Below are positions 11,262-24,461 of a stretch of 64,000 nucleotides of DNA, piece by piece. How positions within the stretch are numbered: position 1 is the first letter of the stretch; each line of letters starts with the position of its first letter. The DNA lies in the NCBI GenBank assembly GCA_964106915.2, contig OZ066914.1; one strand, written 5' to 3'. The notes under the pieces were generated by a model, which worked only from the letters and a program-made list of their open reading frames with translations, was not told where the DNA came from and ran no database searches. Source of the stretch: Podarcis gaigeae. Lineage: Eukaryota. The position numbers were made by a program, and so were the translations under genes.

Positions 11262-14178
11262 GTGGCTCGTATTAACCATTAACCCCCCCCCCCCCAGCTA
11301 TGCCTGGGGCCTGTGGATGCATCAAACACGTATGAGCTGAGTGCTACAGCTACTGCCAATTAGGTAGGGATCAACCATCAATATGCAGGGCTTCCAGACC
11401 AGCTTCTCTTTTGGCTCAACACATCGTGGCATCAGTATCTTGTATCTCCGCCACCAGGTTAGACATGACCAGGCAGGAAAGCTGCTGCAGCCGGGCACAA
11501 GGTGTATCGCAACCAAGGAGGGTGGGCGGCAGCACTGTTCCCTCCTCTGAGTCAGGCCTGACCCAGGGGTGGAGCTGCACTGGGCATGAGTACCGCAACC
11601 AAGGCACAGCTCTTTCTTGCGTGGAGCTAGGCTCTGATGAAGGAGCCTGCCGTGGGGGCGCTTGTTTGCACCCTCTCACAAAATTGTGCCTGGAACTACG
11701 GACCCCCCGGACTCCCCCTCATGCTATGCCTCTGGTCCACTCCAACTGTGGACCTTGTTCATGCCTTGGAAGCCAGATATAGCTTGAGCCTAAGTGTCTT
11801 CAATTGCCAGAATTAACTCAGAACAATGTTGTGAGGGAGTTTGTAATGTTTCAAGTTATTTAAACTGCAGCCTACTTTGAATTGGAATCAGAGTTTATAT
11901 TGTTGTTCCCTGACTTGAGTGTTCAGAAAGTGCATTCCAAGAGAGATACATAAATAGAATATTAAGAAAACAACATAATAAAATGCTTTCAAAATAATAG
12001 CTTTGCATCTTACTCTGTTTTTTTCATGGAAACCTCTAGAATGTAGAAACGATCGCTGCTAACGCATTTTAATTGGCAACGGTGATTAACCACAATATAG
12101 TGATTAGTGAAAAGGCTGCATGACCCAGATTCTTCTTGAGAAGCCCAACACAAAAACTCAATGTCATAAGCCCAACCAACATGGAAAAATGTAAGTTTCA
12201 GTGGAACAAAATATAAAGGACAACAATGTTATCTCGTAAAATAGAACTAAATTTCAAGTTCGATGTCATGGCTCTCTGTCTAAGAAAACAAAAGGAATGA
12301 ATCCCTTTGGAGTTCGGTATTGTAAGAACAGCCTGACATAATAGGGCAGGAAGAAAATGTTTTCTGCTCTATATTCTGAAGAATAGCAGATTTCATCATC
12401 ATGTGCCTCTCCGGACTGGCAGCTTAGGATAGCAGACTGTCTAACAAGAAATTTGGGTTTCGACCCATTTGTCATCTCTAGATCAGTATTACATTTAATA
12501 GTGGCAAACCATATAAAAATGGGGCTGGTAGTAAGCATTAACTAAAATGTCTAAACAGAGCAAATGTAACCTGCTGATTGATCATAGGTGCTCTGTTAGC
12601 TTTGTAGCCAGTTGTAAGGACTGGATTCAATTAAGTTCCTGCACTAAAAGAAGTCAATACTAGTGAATGGGACTTCCCCTCCTCTCCTCTCCTCTCCTCC
12701 CCACCCGTGCCTGCCCCAAATCTGCTTGGAAGGGTTGGGATAAGATCTAGAACAGCATGTTTTGGGAAGAGAGGAGAGATGCTTGTGTTGACAGAATGGC
12801 GACCTAACATGACATTTAATTCCACGCCATTGAGTGCACGTGTACTGTAGAGCTATAATTAACTCAACCAATATGATGCAGATACCCAGTAGCAACATGG
12901 AGTGGTGTAAAGTTGCTTACTTAGATGGGGCAGGGGCAGAGTGGCAGCGAAATCATGGCCACACAGGTGAACCAGTAGCAGTGTTAGATAGGCAGCAATG
13001 TTCTTATTGTGGTACCTACACAGCCTCAAGCTCAATGACACCCAGCTCCATACCAGCCAGGTAAGCAACAATGATGTTGGGGTTGAGAGGGTGTCTCCAC
13101 CACACCACAGATCCTGCTTCTGAAGTTTTCTTATCTAACCATTTCAAATGCACATTGACAGGAGTCTACTGAAGAAGAGAACTGTTATTGAAAATATCAG
13201 GTGTGTGAGAAAAAGAAAAGGGGGTAGGGATGGGATGTGGGAACATATTAGTAAAAAACAAGAATCAAACTTCAGCTTATTTTGCCTCAACTACTTCACC
13301 TTCTCTCCAGCAATTTTCTTCCTGCTTTACTCCCTATTCCAGTTGCCTGGCAACAGAAAAGGACATCACATGCTTTTTGGACAGGAAATGGTAAGTGAAA
13401 GAAAGAAGTCAACAAAGCTGGTACCACTGCAAATCCCCACAGAGTTTGTTGGAGAGCACACATTTTCCCTTTTATAAAGTTCTTTGGATTACTGTGCTGG
13501 CTTGGGTGTCTAGCTATCTGTTCAGATTCAGGGATCTTTTGTTGCTTGAATGAATCAAGTGAAATGTGCACAGAAACAGGAGCAATGTTTAAATAGCCTT
13601 ATAAAATAAAATAAAAAACCCGGCCTCTTTTTATTTTAGTCCCAGCTCCAGAATTTTGGGGCAAGTAATGAATACTCTTAAACTAAATATAGGATTTATT
13701 TTTATTTTATTTTATTTTTGCTATCTTTTAAAAGACCCCTTCCTTTTTAGTGTAGCTGTACATGAAGAAGTCATTACATCTTTCCAATCTGCTTCCCAAC
13801 CAGTGAATAGTGCAAACACAGTTGACTTCCAAGGTGGAGGCCTAGGGCTTTCTACTTTAATTGCAGACATTATTCTTATGTGCAAGCAGGAATGAAAGGC
13901 CCAGGCATGGTGTTCAGTTCAATATTAATCATGCATTAGATTAAAAATGGGTTACTCTAACGGATGTAGCAGTATCATGCTAGCAACAGACATTGAAACC
14001 ACAACTTATGGACTTGAAGTTGACACTGGATCATAACATGCTTAATGTTAATTACTCTGCCTGTCAATCTTGCTACCCGCCATCACCATCCACTTGCAAT
14101 ATGATGTTTATAACTTTCCAGCTGGGCAGCAGATTAACAATTCAATATGAATATTAACACCAATAACCTGTACTTCTG

Positions 14179-14663
14179 AGGTCAGTATTAGCCCTTCATG
14201 AATCCACCCTGTTTCTAACACACGCTCCAAGCAGACTACTTTATTAACTACTTCAGTGATTCCAAAAGGTACCTTATTGACAGAAGGGAATGAGGAAACC
14301 CTCTGGCTCACTCACAAAGCCTCTTTAGCTGGGAGTGTTACTAGTACAATTGCCACTATTCTAACCGGCTAATGCAGTTCAGCCCTGACCTGGAGAGACC
14401 TTTGTAGCTGATAGGGTAGCTTAATTTTCATGCCAATTCAATCTTTGGCCTCTGCACTGAGCCTGCCAACAAGGGTATGAATTAACACCAATTATTCTGC
14501 TGCTTTATGTACTAGATTGAGAGTATCAACTCATTTTGCACAGGTCACCGAACAACTGTCAGATGTTAACGACTTTTGGTTCCTACCTACTGACCTGCTT
14601 CGGGTTAGCCGAAACTCAGAGTTGAAGGGGTTTGTATCTCATTAATAAGAGACTGACCTGCTT
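14179..14663. promoter_or_regulatory. Candidate enhancer with clustered AGGTCA half-sites
   Basis: Five perfect AGGTCA/TGACCT hexamers (14179, 14386, 14542, 14591, 14654) in sequence with no recognisable repeat. Function is inferred. Confidence 0.35.
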
Positions 14664-15897
14664 GGTCCCTCAATTATTCCCTTTCACAAATCCACATAGG
14701 TGTTTCTTTTCCCATCAAATGCATAACCAAGGGGCACATCCTTTGCTGCTGATTGTCTTCAATTTAGTTATCCCCATCAGAGACGAGAGCTTATTGGTTG
14801 CTGATTGCTTGCATCATGAAAGAGTAAGTGTCTGTACACAGAAAGATTCATGTAAAGGAAAGGATGATGAAGAATGTATCTCTGACTTGCAAGTAGAAAC
14901 CCTACAATTTTCTGCAAATAATATCAGCTAAATAGTCATATGGCAAACATATACATTCATTACTGTGAATAAAAGAGCACCAACCAGCATTAGTCAATAT
15001 AGCTAAATGGTTACTTTTATATATTATCCTGATAATATTTTCTACCATGGATTCTTCTGTTGGGACAATGTGGTGCTTTTCTATACTGGAAAATTTTATT
15101 TCTCTATTTGTTTTAAGACACTGCCAGACTTGACTTTGTATACAAGCTTTCTTGGAAGAACTATTGATAAATGCTCAGGCTCGTTCCTAAAAAATAACAA
15201 TTCTGGAAAATGTAGAAAGACCAAGGCCTGGAGGAAAATGCCCCAGCCTCCTTTGCCAGTTCCCACTTCCCAAGTAAATCTTGCAAATGCAAACTGAGGA
15301 AAGCACCAGCAGGAGAGAGAACTGGCAGGTGACAACAATTACTTTGTAGATCACATTTCAACACTTGGGCACCCATGAACTTGCTCTCAGTGTTTTTGTT
15401 CCAGGAATGCATGCATGGAGAGGGGACTTTCTCATACCTACTAGCAAAGTGAATTGGACTTGGGAGGCTTAGGAAGATATTTCCTATTCTTTCCAGGCAC
15501 ATGCTCAAAACTGTGCAGGCCATAAGGACGAAACCTGCAAGGTCCCCTGCTAGTATCCCTGCTGCTGAATTCTTCGTCCTTGGACTGAGCAAATAATGAG
15601 CCTGGGAAATAGTTTCTGAACCTCCAATTCCAAAATTCATTCTCTCTACCTGGCCTTTGACATGCAACAGGAAATGTCATTTAAGAATCCGCATACCTGG
15701 GAAAATTAACCAAAAAATGATAAGCAGAAATGCAAAGATTTGGGGTCAGATTAACACACAACCAGGGAGAGGGGGAACAAGCATCACCAAGATTCTTTTC
15801 AACTCGCGATGGGTAACTTTGAGAAGCATGTAGCCTCCTGTACACACTGAAGCTCCTTGGACTTTTCAGGAGCCTGAGCTACAATGGCAATGACAAT

Positions 15898-15898
<1 letters not shown>

Positions 15899-15928
<30 letters not shown>
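15899..15928. repeat. (GT)n microsatellite
   Basis: Direct reading. Confidence 0.97.
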
Positions 15929-15934
<6 letters not shown>

Positions 15935-18900
15935 AGTACCCACATCCCCATGCACATCCCCATGTTTGAATTTAGCATGCTGTCGGAATTCCTGAAGAGG
16001 GTTTATATCTATCAGACACTCTTGTTTTGGGAAACAGAAATGGAATTCAGCTTAAGCCGCTGTAAGCTGATAAATTCTGCTGTGTCAATTAACTCAAGGC
16101 AAATCTTATCTGCTCTGCAAAAAGAAATAACATTGGGAATGAAATATGAAATTATATAGCTAACTGTTTAACTGAGGTGAAAGCATCTTCACAGACACTT
16201 ACCGACACAAACAACACTTGGAACAGCTACCCAATCCAACGATGAGAAATGCACTTTTTCAGAATGTACCATACTCCATCATGTATGATTCTTGATTGGC
16301 GGTTGAAGAAACATGGGAAGAGTTAATGGTCTCTGACCAGCCAAGTTGACACAACTTCAGGGCAAGGCAGTACTTTTTTGTTGGATTTATCTCATGCACA
16401 TTTGCTGCTGCTTTTAGGCTAAGAAAAAGTCAACTGTTTCCATTTCGCAAAGTTGTGCCATGACTGGGAGACCGTGTGAATGTAGAGTATTCAATATACT
16501 GTAGCGCTGTTTCCCAAATATGAGTAACGGTAGCATCTGGACACACAAAGCTGACTCATATTATGGCATTCCTTCCTGCCATTGCAAGGGACTCATCCTT
16601 AGTGCCGAAATGACATTGCCTTGACCTATCAGCCAGCTGCCCAGAGAACAGCTCACACACAGGTCTTTGTTTTCCAATGAAAAGGAAGCTTTGGATGAAT
16701 GGTTCATTCATCATTCCCACTTCATTAATTCGAGCTTTCCCTCTGTGTTGTTGCTCTATTATGCCCCACCATTAAGGAAAGAGCTAAGTTTAGCAGAGGC
16801 AAAGACAAACAAGATAACTATTTCTTCCAGCCTCTTGGAAAGTTAGTCTTCAATAACGATCCAGCTCATTCTAAACTTGGGCTCTCCAAAGTGGAAGAAA
16901 GATTAATAGTGTGTGCAGTTCAAGAGATAACTGAGTGTAAATAATTATGTCTCTGTGTCACAATGGGAGGAAAATGCTGTCTTTCCAGCACTGGTTTATC
17001 TCACCCCCTTCTTCTAGGTCTCAGACAGTAAGCGACAATGGTACTAAATATAATGAAAAAGCAGCTGAGGAATAGATGATTGGGAAAAGGAATCAGTAAT
17101 TTAGTCAGACATTAATCTTCTGCTCCGTTCAGTTGTAAATGAAACAAGGAAAGAAGGTCATCAGCAGTTAATAAACAGTTTTCTAGCATTTTGTCAAACT
17201 CTTGCTTAAACACCAGAATGGACTTGCTAGATCACAGTAAAGGTCCATCTGATTCCTGTTTTTGGTCACCAATACCTGATATTCAGAGCTGCTTTGCCCC
17301 AGAACATGGAAGTCTATAGTGGTCTAGTTTAAAAAAACAAACAGGTGCTTCTGTTGGCTTCATCTGAGCTGGCTTAATTAATTGCAAGAACACATGGACT
17401 GATCAGGATCATCAGTTAATAAGAATAGAAGTCTTCCCTCAATGTGCCCTGTTGTGTTGTCCTGCTATGTCATGCTGCAGAGGATGGGAATAGGAGTTCA
17501 CATAAACTCTTTTTGTTGAGCAGACATAATGAGAAATCCATAGTTGGATAAGCCACTTGAATTGATTAAGGATTGTGTTTGTTAACATTGTGGTTGATAC
17601 TGTGTTCAATTCCAAGGGCAGCGAACTGCCAAACAACAAGCAATATCAGCGAACCCTGAACAAAACACACAATTCCTGAAAGAAGTGCAGAAGTGCTGAA
17701 GAAGTCTTTCACCTGAAGATTACTTGGAGGAAAAGTGCTGCAGGGATGGCTCTGTGTGGGTGCAATGGATGTAACACTGAGGTCAATGACAAAACTCCCG
17801 TTGATTTCTGCTTAATGGATTTGGCTGGTACCCAAGGATGATGAATCAAAGAGTCCACAGAAGTCTATTGTGTGTGCAAAAGAGAACAGTAAGCTCCCGT
17901 CCACATGGGGATCAAGATTGTGACCAATGTGTCCTCCATATAACCTCCGCAACAGTGAAGACACTTGGCAAATGACATCCCTGTTTATCATCTGAACATT
18001 TTGGATGTTTCCCTGCTCACTGATAAACTATGTTTGTACTGTAGCTGCAGCTAGCTATTTGGGGAATGACTACATCTGTACTTTCTCCAAATATGCCAGG
18101 GGCATAATTTAAACCTGGGATTGTATATTATACAGTTTGTCAGTTTCTGGTAATTTCCTGTGGAACAGAAGTCCTCTTTCCTTGTATTACTTTGCGAGTG
18201 AGGTGGTGATATTTTAAAAAGAGCAAACTTTTATTGCTGCTTCAAAGCCCAAGATACATCGGTAGGCCACAGATCTTGATAAACATCTGAAAGAAATACA
18301 GATGTACAGTCCTGACCACATAACATCCAGCGATGTTTATATCCATAAATAGCCAGGCGGTGTTTCACCATGTACCTGGCCAATTTGTGATGCAACGTTT
18401 TATAGATGAGGATGCCTTTTGACATTGGGGTGCCTTCTTTGTACTTCACAATGCCTGCTACATAGCCAAATGTGCCAAGCCATTCCTGTTAACTGATAGA
18501 AATGACACATGACTCAGACATTCCGAATTAAGTCCTGCTATCAAGCACGCATGGTCCTAAACCTGGTAGATAATAAAATACTCTCGCACTACAGTCATAA
18601 ATACTTCTCTCAATTATTTAGCAATCTAGTTCATTGCCTTTTTTTTTTTCCTGTTAGAGGTTGGAAAACAACACACACATACACATGGTTGAGTGCAAAC
18701 TACTCATTGGTTAATGGACCTGCAGTCCTCCAGAGAGCATCAGATAACTGCATGAATACGGCTGCTTGTCTTTGCATCTTTTGAGCTGCCTGGCTGGTGA
18801 AGGGGCGGCGGGGGGGTGTTCACAGAGGCAGGAACAGCCAATATCAGTAAAAGGTCATGTGCATTTATTCATTTATTTTTTATTATTGCTAATTATAGAA

Positions 18901-19908
18901 GCTCAGAATTGTCCCGCCTAGGAAATGCGTTCCAGAGTTGCAGCTTCCATGTGGAAGTCACAAAATGAGGTATTTTACAGTTGAGCATCTGACCCAAATG
19001 AGCTAATACCCAACAGTGGTGTCTTGGCATAGGGAGAAGCTGGCAAAGTACCTCCAGGCAAACCTTTATCACATGCTGCAGCAGAGACCACAGCTGAACC
19101 TTTATGTGTAAATATACCTAGAGCATTTTAATGTCGAAAACACTATTCAGCCTTCTTCTAAGCGGATCCTAAATCAGTACAAAGTTGGAAGAAATTTCCC
19201 TTAGAATTATCTTAGGTTAGAATAAGTACTTATAACCATTATTATTCCCAGCGGAAGTCATAATAGCTTTGATAAACACAGCTCACTGAGAGTGCTTGGC
19301 ATTGCTATTTCATTTAGGATCATAATATAAATCCAGGAAAGATCTGTGTTCCACTGCATGACTATATATGGTAACTCCTGTCAATTCACAGTACAATTTA
19401 GTGTGGGCCAATCAAAACCAACAAGTCACTGTGTGGGCCTATAACACACTGTGGGAGGGGGGAGAGCAATACTATAGTGGCCATGGGCATGCTACCAAAC
19501 TGCCATGCCAAATTCTTCTACTGTGCAAATGACTACAATCTATGCTCCTTGTGGCCACCAATGAGGGCAGAGAGATGCTCCATGTTATCATAGCCACCAG
19601 GTCATTACACCATTAAAGAGATGCCATTTTCCTGTTAACATGTAGTCTTAACATGGTCAGATTGGTACTTTGAGAATACACAGGTGGCATACAAATGTAT
19701 CTGGAGACAAAAGTGAGTATAGGTTTTTAGGTTTCAGTGAGATCTCTGCTTTCCCATGCTTTTGCTTCTCAAATGACACATGTGTGGACTCCAAATTTAA
19801 GTCATCCAAACTGACTGCTTCTTCCTCTTTTCCTATTCCCATTTGCTTCAGGCGGGACACTCACTTTGGTTTCCCCCATCAAGTATTTAGCATGTACTTG
19901 AGAAGGGA

Positions 19909-20070
19909 GGGGCCATAGTGCAGTGGTAGCCATATATTTCACATACAAAAAAAAATCTCAGATTTAATCCTCCTTAGGGATGAAAGGTAGTCTATAAATG
20001 CTTTGATAAATAAGTTGATAAATCTCTAGGAAAGTCTTCTGTCTGAAAACCCTGGACAGCTGCTGCCAGT
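19909..20070 (+). mobile_element. Degraded tRNA-derived SINE (tRNA-Ala-like head family)
   Basis: GGGGCCATAGTGCAGTGGTAG head and downstream CTGAAAACCCTGGACAGCTGCTGCCAGT body, shared with other copies in the window. Confidence 0.6.
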
Positions 20071-20084
20071 ATAATGCAGGAACA

Positions 20085-20400
20085 ATAGGAAGCAATAGAA
20101 CAAGTTAGACCACTGTCGATCCCAGGGCTTCCCAACTTAGATTTCCAGCTGTTTTTGAACTACAACTCCCATCACCCCTAGCTAGGAACACCAGTGATTG
20201 GGGTGATGGGAATTGTAGTCCAAAAACAGGTGGAGACCCAAGTTTGGGAAATTCTGGTCTATCTTGTTCAGCTGATTGCCCATACTGATTGTAGCCGCTC
20301 TCCAGGGTATCAGGCAAGAGTCCTTCCCAGCCCTAATGAGAGATGCCTGTGGCCTTCTGCATGCAAAGCTTTGGCTCTGCCACTGAGTGCAACTGTTCCC
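20085..20400 (-). mobile_element. tRNA-derived SINE (same family), interrupted by a MITE
   Basis: Matches the copy at 26617-26788 on both sides of the MITE at 20123-20256. Confidence 0.7.
20123..20256. mobile_element. Palindromic hAT-type MITE
   Basis: CAGGGCTTCCCAA...TTGGGAAATTCTG termini; long internal inverted arms; degenerate 8-bp TSD GTCGATCC/GTCTATCT. Confidence 0.85.
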
Positions 20401-20670
20401 CATCAGTTCCTCATTTTCCTTGCTTACCTGAACATTTGTTTAGCATTTCAAAAAAAAGATGTTTGAACAATGGTATTTTTGCAGGTGAACTCTTGAAAAA
20501 CTATTTTAAGAAGGGGGCAGGTGGTCATGATTGGAACAAGACCAGACAATCGGTGCTATCCAAATTTAGCTTCTGGAAACTGGAATAATACATCCCTCCT
20601 GAGTTTGATTCAGGCAAAACATTGTATGTCAGCACAAAATAAGGTGGGTGAGTAAACACTAAGCACCACC

Positions 20671-20786
20671 CCCCTAATCTGGAGCTCTCCAGAAGTTTGG
20701 ACTACATCTCCTATTATTCTGTGCTGGCTGGGGCTGATGGGAATTGTCACCCAAAATATATGGAGGGCATCAGGTTGAGAAATTGC
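20671..20786. mobile_element. Degraded palindromic MITE
   Basis: CTCCAGAAGTTTGGACTACA...GATGGGAATTGT...ATGGAGGGCATCAGG, the same family pattern as 6750-6887. Confidence 0.6.
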
Positions 20787-22795
20787 CTATATTAGGGATG
20801 AATCCCAAAGTATATGAGTAAATCCAAACTAATGGATCAGGCCCCGCTTTCTAAAATTCTGCTGAGAGTGTCATTTATATAAATCCATCTATACTATTAC
20901 CTCATGATGCGAAGTCTGTATCTTTTGAAACTCGGATACAAAGGAAAACAGAATGGAAAAATCTCAAGGCAATATGAAATTTTGAACTGAAGAAGTGCAA
21001 GAAAAGAAAACTGGTATATAATTCAAGCTAGCTTCTAAAAATGCAGGCATCAGCTTTTTGATATATTGCAGTCATTAAGGGAAATTTATAACTTATACAG
21101 GTAGCATACATCTTTGTTTCATGAAATATTGTTTTCATATATTAAATAATGTAGCTCTTAGTTCAATGAAGAGGGTATACATTCATTTTCACCCACATGG
21201 TTCATTATTTCATATATGCAGACAGACACTCAGAGGCAAAAAACCCGAGTTTTCAATTAATGTTCAGCTGCCTTCCAGAAAATATTATCAAGCATGGGCT
21301 TATTTTGCTGGATGAACACTGATTGATCTTGTCAGGGGGAAATCAAGCACATTTAGCCACTTGCAAGGAAAAACACTCTGACCAATATCTTCCTCAAGTT
21401 CTTTCTGCTGCGGAATCGGGCTGTCAGAATCAATGCTGCTCTGCAGCTTTCTAAGTAATTTCCATTTAGTGGCGAAAGCTGTTTTCTTCAATTTTGTGGC
21501 TTTTTTGGGGGTCTTTCCGCTTGCCTCCTATCCATCTAATAACACTCAGATGTCATGGGCACACTTACATTTGCCACACCCCAGTGATTCCTAGCCACCT
21601 GCTTGACATGCCCATAGCATGAATGCTGATGATGCATTATATGTCCGGCAGTTTCTGTGCCGCACTGTGACAGTCCTCTACAAAGCAGTGCCTACGGACA
21701 TTCTTCACTGTATAGGAGCTTTCCTGGGTGTCAGTAATTCATTTTGATGGCACACAGATGATAACCCACCAGAAGACAATAATGCTTCCTGTTTAGCAAC
21801 AATCTGACCTTGATCTCCTCTTGGGTTCTGTAGACCTTCTTGAAAGTGCAGTCAGATTATGATGCGCACTTGTTAATGTAAAGGAATACATGGCAAGTGC
21901 CAAAGGAATACTGGACCAGTTCTATGCTCCCCAAGGCTTTCCTGATATTCCCCCCTCCCAATACAATAGTAGGGCTAGGACTGTGAGTGTGCCTCAATTT
22001 CCCGCTTATATACCGAGACGATGTTAAATATAATTGTCACTGAAATGGAGAATGCCTGTATGTGTATTGCTAAGGGTTTAACATTGGAAAATTCCATTGG
22101 GGTATGCTAAAACAAAGAAGAGGACTCTGAGCACCTAGATGGATTGATAATTAACTGTTAATCTCTGCCCTGCTCTTTCATGTGGGGTTTAACTTTCTAT
22201 CATATGAGGAGTATTCAGTTGCCAATCGCCCTTCTTTAAGGGAGATGCCTTTGGTCTTGTCTTCCCAGCCACAGCGGGAGAAGGATGTACAAATGAGTCT
22301 TTCCTGGAGAGAAAACAGGCTAATGGAGGCTGCAGGGAGAGAAAGACCTCAGATTTTAGGTCTGTTTGGAGTTATTTCAATATTACTAAGAAGATGACAA
22401 GTATATTTCTTACAGAACTATTTGGATATATCATTCTTTGTTTTTGTACCTGTTGCAAAGAAAGTTCTGGTTAGTAAAGCTTGGAATCCTATTTATGGGT
22501 CTAGTCAATTTTTATTCCAAGAGGAGTCAATTTTTATGCATCCTATTGTTTCAAGCTGTGCAGTATTAATATTTGCAATATACTAGTTAGATTCAGTGGC
22601 AGAAGGAGTGTGATTCAGCTGAGGCTCCCACTCACAGAAGAGGGGGAATTTCTGCTGATTCTCTTTTCTTTCTTGAGTAGATCTTTGCATCCAATTATCT
22701 ATCCAAACTTATCTGGGAATTATAGGTCTATGAGGTTAGCTCCCTTAACAAACTATAGTTCCCAGGATCCTTGGGGGGAAGGTATGACTGTTAAA

Positions 22796-23244
22796 CAAAG
22801 GTCCGTATAGTAAAAGCTATGATTTTTCCAGTAGTGATGTATGGAAGTGAAAGCTGGACCATAAAGGAGGCTGATTGTCGAAGAATTGATGCTTTTGAAT
22901 TATGGTGCTGGAGGAGACTCTTGAGAGTCCCATGGACTGCAAGAAGATCAAACCTCTCCATTCTGAAGGAAATCAGCCCTGAGTGCTCACTGGAACGACA
23001 GATCCAGAAGGTGATGCTCCAATACTTTGGCCACCTCATGAGAAGAGAAGACTCCCTGGAAAAGATGGGAGGGCACAAGGAGAAGGGGACGACAGAAGAT
23101 GAGATGGTTGGACAGTGTTCTCGAAGCTACCAGCATGAGTTTGACCAAACTGCAGGAGGCAGTGGAAGACAGGAGTACATTGCGTGCTCTGGTCCATGGG
23201 GTCACAAAGTGTTGGACATGACTAAACAACTAAACAACAAAAAC
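22796..23244 (+). mobile_element. 5'-truncated RTE/BovB LINE (C-terminal ORF fragment plus 3' tail)
   Basis: ORF 22819-23265 encodes IFPVVMYGSESWTIKEADCRRIDAFELWCWRRLLRVPWTARRSNLSILKEI (BovB-type C-terminus). (CAA)-rich tail; perfect 12-bp TSD ATGACTGTTAAA at 22784-22795 and 23245-23256. Confidence 0.95.
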
Positions 23245-23423
23245 ATGACTGTTAAAGTCATATAAGAGTGCTCTAAAAGCATGGTATGGATGTGACCTGT
23301 GTTGGAATATCTGGTTGCTGTCATAATTAAAATTTCCCAATTACAAATGTTTTTTGCCCCAAGGTATTGGGATAAGATAGCAGTACTTCCACCTCCTAGC
23401 AAACCAAATCGAAACTTTGACCC

Positions 23424-23527
23424 ATGTCAACACTGATCTGCAGTGTTTCTCTAGGATTTCAAACTGGGTTCTTTCCCAGTCCTGCCTGGAGATGCCTGGG
23501 ATTGAACATGAAACTTTTTGCTTGCAC
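23424..23527 (-). mobile_element. tRNA-derived SINE fragment
   Basis: CCTGGAGATGCCTGGGATTGAAC is the reverse complement of the B-box region seen in the other copies. Confidence 0.6.
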
Positions 23528-24271
23528 TAGGCTACAACCAAAAAAATTCTGCATACTGAAAGCATATGAAAGGCAAGACAATGGTGGATATGAGTTCATG
23601 AGAAGTGAAAGAGGAGTTTCACGAAGCACTTATCTCTTCATAACTGCATTTGAGTGGGGTCATGTGGCATCTCCACTGCTGTATCAATCCGGCAATGTTT
23701 TGCTTTACTAAAGCCTTTAGAAAAGTTTGTTGGGTCTGTTGGGAAGACTGATTTATCATTTGAAAGTTATACCAATTTTCTGAATCTCTAAAAAAACATC
23801 CAAGCCATTTTCAAAATATTTCTTGCCACAATATAGAAATGTCAAACTTTTCAGCTGAAAAGAAGTGAAAATTGTTTCAAATCATTATTTCAGCATATGT
23901 AGCTACTGCATTGAGATGTCACAATGAAATGCCACATAATGTCAAAATAAATGCAAAGTTGTCACAATAATATCCTGAATAGAAAAGTGAATTCTTTCTT
24001 TCTTCCCTTCTTCCCTGGGCTGAGCAAATTCCAAGTGTTCCTCCATCTTGCATGACGTTACACTTACGTAAAGCTCAGCTGATTGGCTTTTTTTAATGGT
24101 CAAATCCTAACCACATTTATCTACATGTAACTGCCACTGATTTCCATGGGATTTCCTTTCAAGTATGGGGAGGCAGACTTAAATAGGCCAGAGGACTTTC
24201 ACAGAGCAAGACCTAGCATTTCTTATGTCATACATCAATATTGGAAACAGACTTTCAGTTACTATTAAGAC

Positions 24272-24304
24272 TGTTTGTTTGTTTGTTTGTTTGTTTGTTT
24301 GTTT
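24272..24304. repeat. (TGTT)n microsatellite
   Basis: Direct reading. Confidence 0.97.
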
Positions 24305-24461
24305 AAACATTTTCTATCCCAGCTGTCTACACAGCAGCACACTTTTAAGAAAAAAACAATCTTTAACCCTTTTGTGTAGTGCTCATAACACTAAATATAG
24401 GATTGCCACACTAACAACCCAAAGACGCAGCTGGTGAGGTGTGGGAATCAGACTAGTCATA

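Noticed and set aside
12967-13061. Possible exon bounded by ACAG and CAG/GTAAGC
   Set aside because: Good donor but no polypyrimidine tract at the acceptor and no recognisable peptide.
15161-15667. 168-aa minus-strand ORF
   Set aside because: No recognisable motif or splice context; length is plausible by chance in 64 kb.
18231-18490. Minus-strand peptide containing LGTFGYVA (kinase-like)
   Set aside because: Lacks the following APE motif and other kinase subdomains; judged a chance match.
22819-23265. 148-aa ORF as a host gene
   Set aside because: It is a truncated, frameshifted BovB fragment; the start codon is internal to the LINE ORF.
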